DNA of 32,000 nucleotides from Chlamydiales bacterium (GTDB lineage Bacteria; Chlamydiota; Chlamydiia; Chlamydiales; SM23-39): NCBI GenBank assembly GCA_965261025.1, contig OZ253438.1, positions 1,320,001 to 1,352,000 of the forward strand, read 5' to 3'. Shown piece by piece: positions 31,125 to 32,000 of this stretch (position 1 is its first letter; each line of letters starts with the position of its first letter). The notes under the pieces were generated by a model. It saw only the letters and a program-made list of their open reading frames with translations, ran no database searches and was not told where the DNA came from. The position numbers and the translations under genes were made by a program.

Positions 31125-32000
31125 ATGAAAGGACTCTTTCAAAAACAAAAGGAATTACTCCTCCATTTTTTTGCGCATTTAGATGCGGCACAAGCGGAAA
31201 AGGTTCTTTCGCTTTTTTTTTCCTGTAAGGGTAAATTTATTTTTTCTGGGGTAGGCAAAAGTGGTTTTATTGCTAAAAAGATAGCGGCTACTTTTCTCTC
31301 TACAGGTTCGAAAGCTTTTTTTCTTTCTCCTTTGGATGCATTTCACGGGGATCTGGGGATGATAGAAGAAGGGGATCTTTTCATATTTTTGAGTAAAAGC
31401 GGGAAAACAAAGGAGCTTTTGGACTTAATTCCTCATATTCGTTTTAAAAAAGCGCTAGTGGTTTCTTGGGTGTGTGAAGAAGGATCTGAATTAGAGAAAA
31501 ACAGTGACTGTAGTGTTTTATTGCCCTGTTTTAGTGAACTTTGCTCTTATGATCTTGTGCCCACTACTTCTGCCTCTTTACAGCTTATTTTTGGGGATGT
31601 TTTAGCTATTGCCTTAATGCAGAAAAAAAGATTTCAGCTAAAGCATTATTCCTTAAATCATCCTGGAGGAACAATAGGAAAAAGGGTTTCCAAAAAAGTT
31701 AAGGATCTTATGGTAGAAGCACCTCTAGCTTTTTTAGAAGATAGTTTGCAAGATTCCCTTTCAGAATTTTCCGAGAAAAAGTGTGGATGTCTTCTAATAA
31801 TAGATAAAAAAAAGTCTTTGCAAGGAATTTTTACAGATGGGGATTTACGCAGAGCATTACAGAAAGAAGGACCTTCTTTGGTCTATAAAAAATGTAAAGA
31901 GCTGATGAATCCAAGTCCTATTTCTGTGGATCCCGAAGAACTAGCTTTTTTTGCCTTAAAGAAGATGGAAAATCCTAAAAAGCCCATCATGGTTTTGCCT
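31125..32000 (+). CDS. kdsD: arabinose-5-phosphate isomerase KdsD/KpsF (SIS + CBS pair), C-terminus beyond window
   Basis: My own translation from ATG 31125 is open to the window end (292 codons). It includes FSGVGKSGFIAKKIAATF, FLSKSGKT, VPTTSAS, NHPGGTIGKR and the CBS motif GIFTDGDLRRAL. It is not in the ORF track because there is no stop. Confidence 0.85.
   Translation, partial: MKGLFQKQKELLLHFFAHLDAAQAEKVLSLFFSCKGKFIFSGVGKSGFIAKKIAATFLSTGSKAFFLSPLDAFHGDLGMIEEGDLFIFLSKSGKTKELLDLIPHIRFKKALVVSWVCEEGSELEKNSDCSVLLPCFSELCSYDLVPTTSASLQLIFGDVLAIALMQKKRFQLKHYSLNHPGGTIGKRVSKKVKDLMVEAPLAFLEDSLQDSLSEFSEKKCGCLLIIDKKKSLQGIFTDGDLRRALQKEGPSLVYKKCKELMNPSPISVDPEELAFFALKKMENPKKPIMVLP

Noticed and set aside
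1-32000. CRISPR arrays, cas genes, rRNA, additional tRNAs
   Set aside because: No regularly spaced repeats of 24-40 bp were seen. The only tandem repeat is the 3 x 10-bp array at 3616-3645, which has no spacers. No other cloverleaf-like or rRNA-like sequence was noticed, but a tRNAscan or Infernal run should confirm this.

Overview
This is an AT-rich bacterial chromosome segment (about 33-42% GC in hand-counted 60-nt samples). The conserved gene order (nrdR-dksA-lspA; lpxK, a DAACS symporter, an E2 acyltransferase and kpsF/kdsD; a ytg-like metal ABC operon; a Mip-like FKBP lipoprotein) matches, from memory, the phylum Chlamydiae. I cannot assign a genus. A large genome with accessory genes suggests an environmental or symbiont lineage rather than Chlamydia sensu stricto. 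About 60% of the window is tightly packed housekeeping genes, many with ATGA or TAATG start/stop overlaps. These include rplU (partial), the metal ABC transporter, tRNA-Ser(GGA), nrdR, dksA-like, lspA, cinA, three RNA-modification enzymes, asd, gmhA-like, lpxK, the symporter, E2 and kdsD (partial). The central block (about 12.7-25.0 kb) looks accessory and holds two modules separated by a decayed IS5-family transposase remnant. Module 1 is a compact NRPS-PKS hybrid locus: a stand-alone A-PCP, an AT-less KS-ACP-TE, a Tam-like methyltransferase and an MFS transporter. Its domain logic resembles the tetramic-acid (reutericyclin/mutanocyclin) assembly lines. Module 2 is a Sec-signal-bearing 1,521-aa Rhs/YD-repeat polymorphic toxin. 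It has a non-canonical core-end motif and a 172-aa C-terminal tip I do not recognise, and it is translationally coupled to a small AT-rich candidate immunity gene. Other points of interest are a tRNA-Ser-adjacent AlbA_2/HATPase_c_4/HTH gene preceded by a helical-turn-spaced repeat array, a small cysteine-rich exported protein, and a signal-peptide-bearing DXD glycosyltransferase-like protein. No CRISPR array, rRNA, integrase or intact IS was seen. All homology statements come from motif recognition by eye, since no searches were possible.
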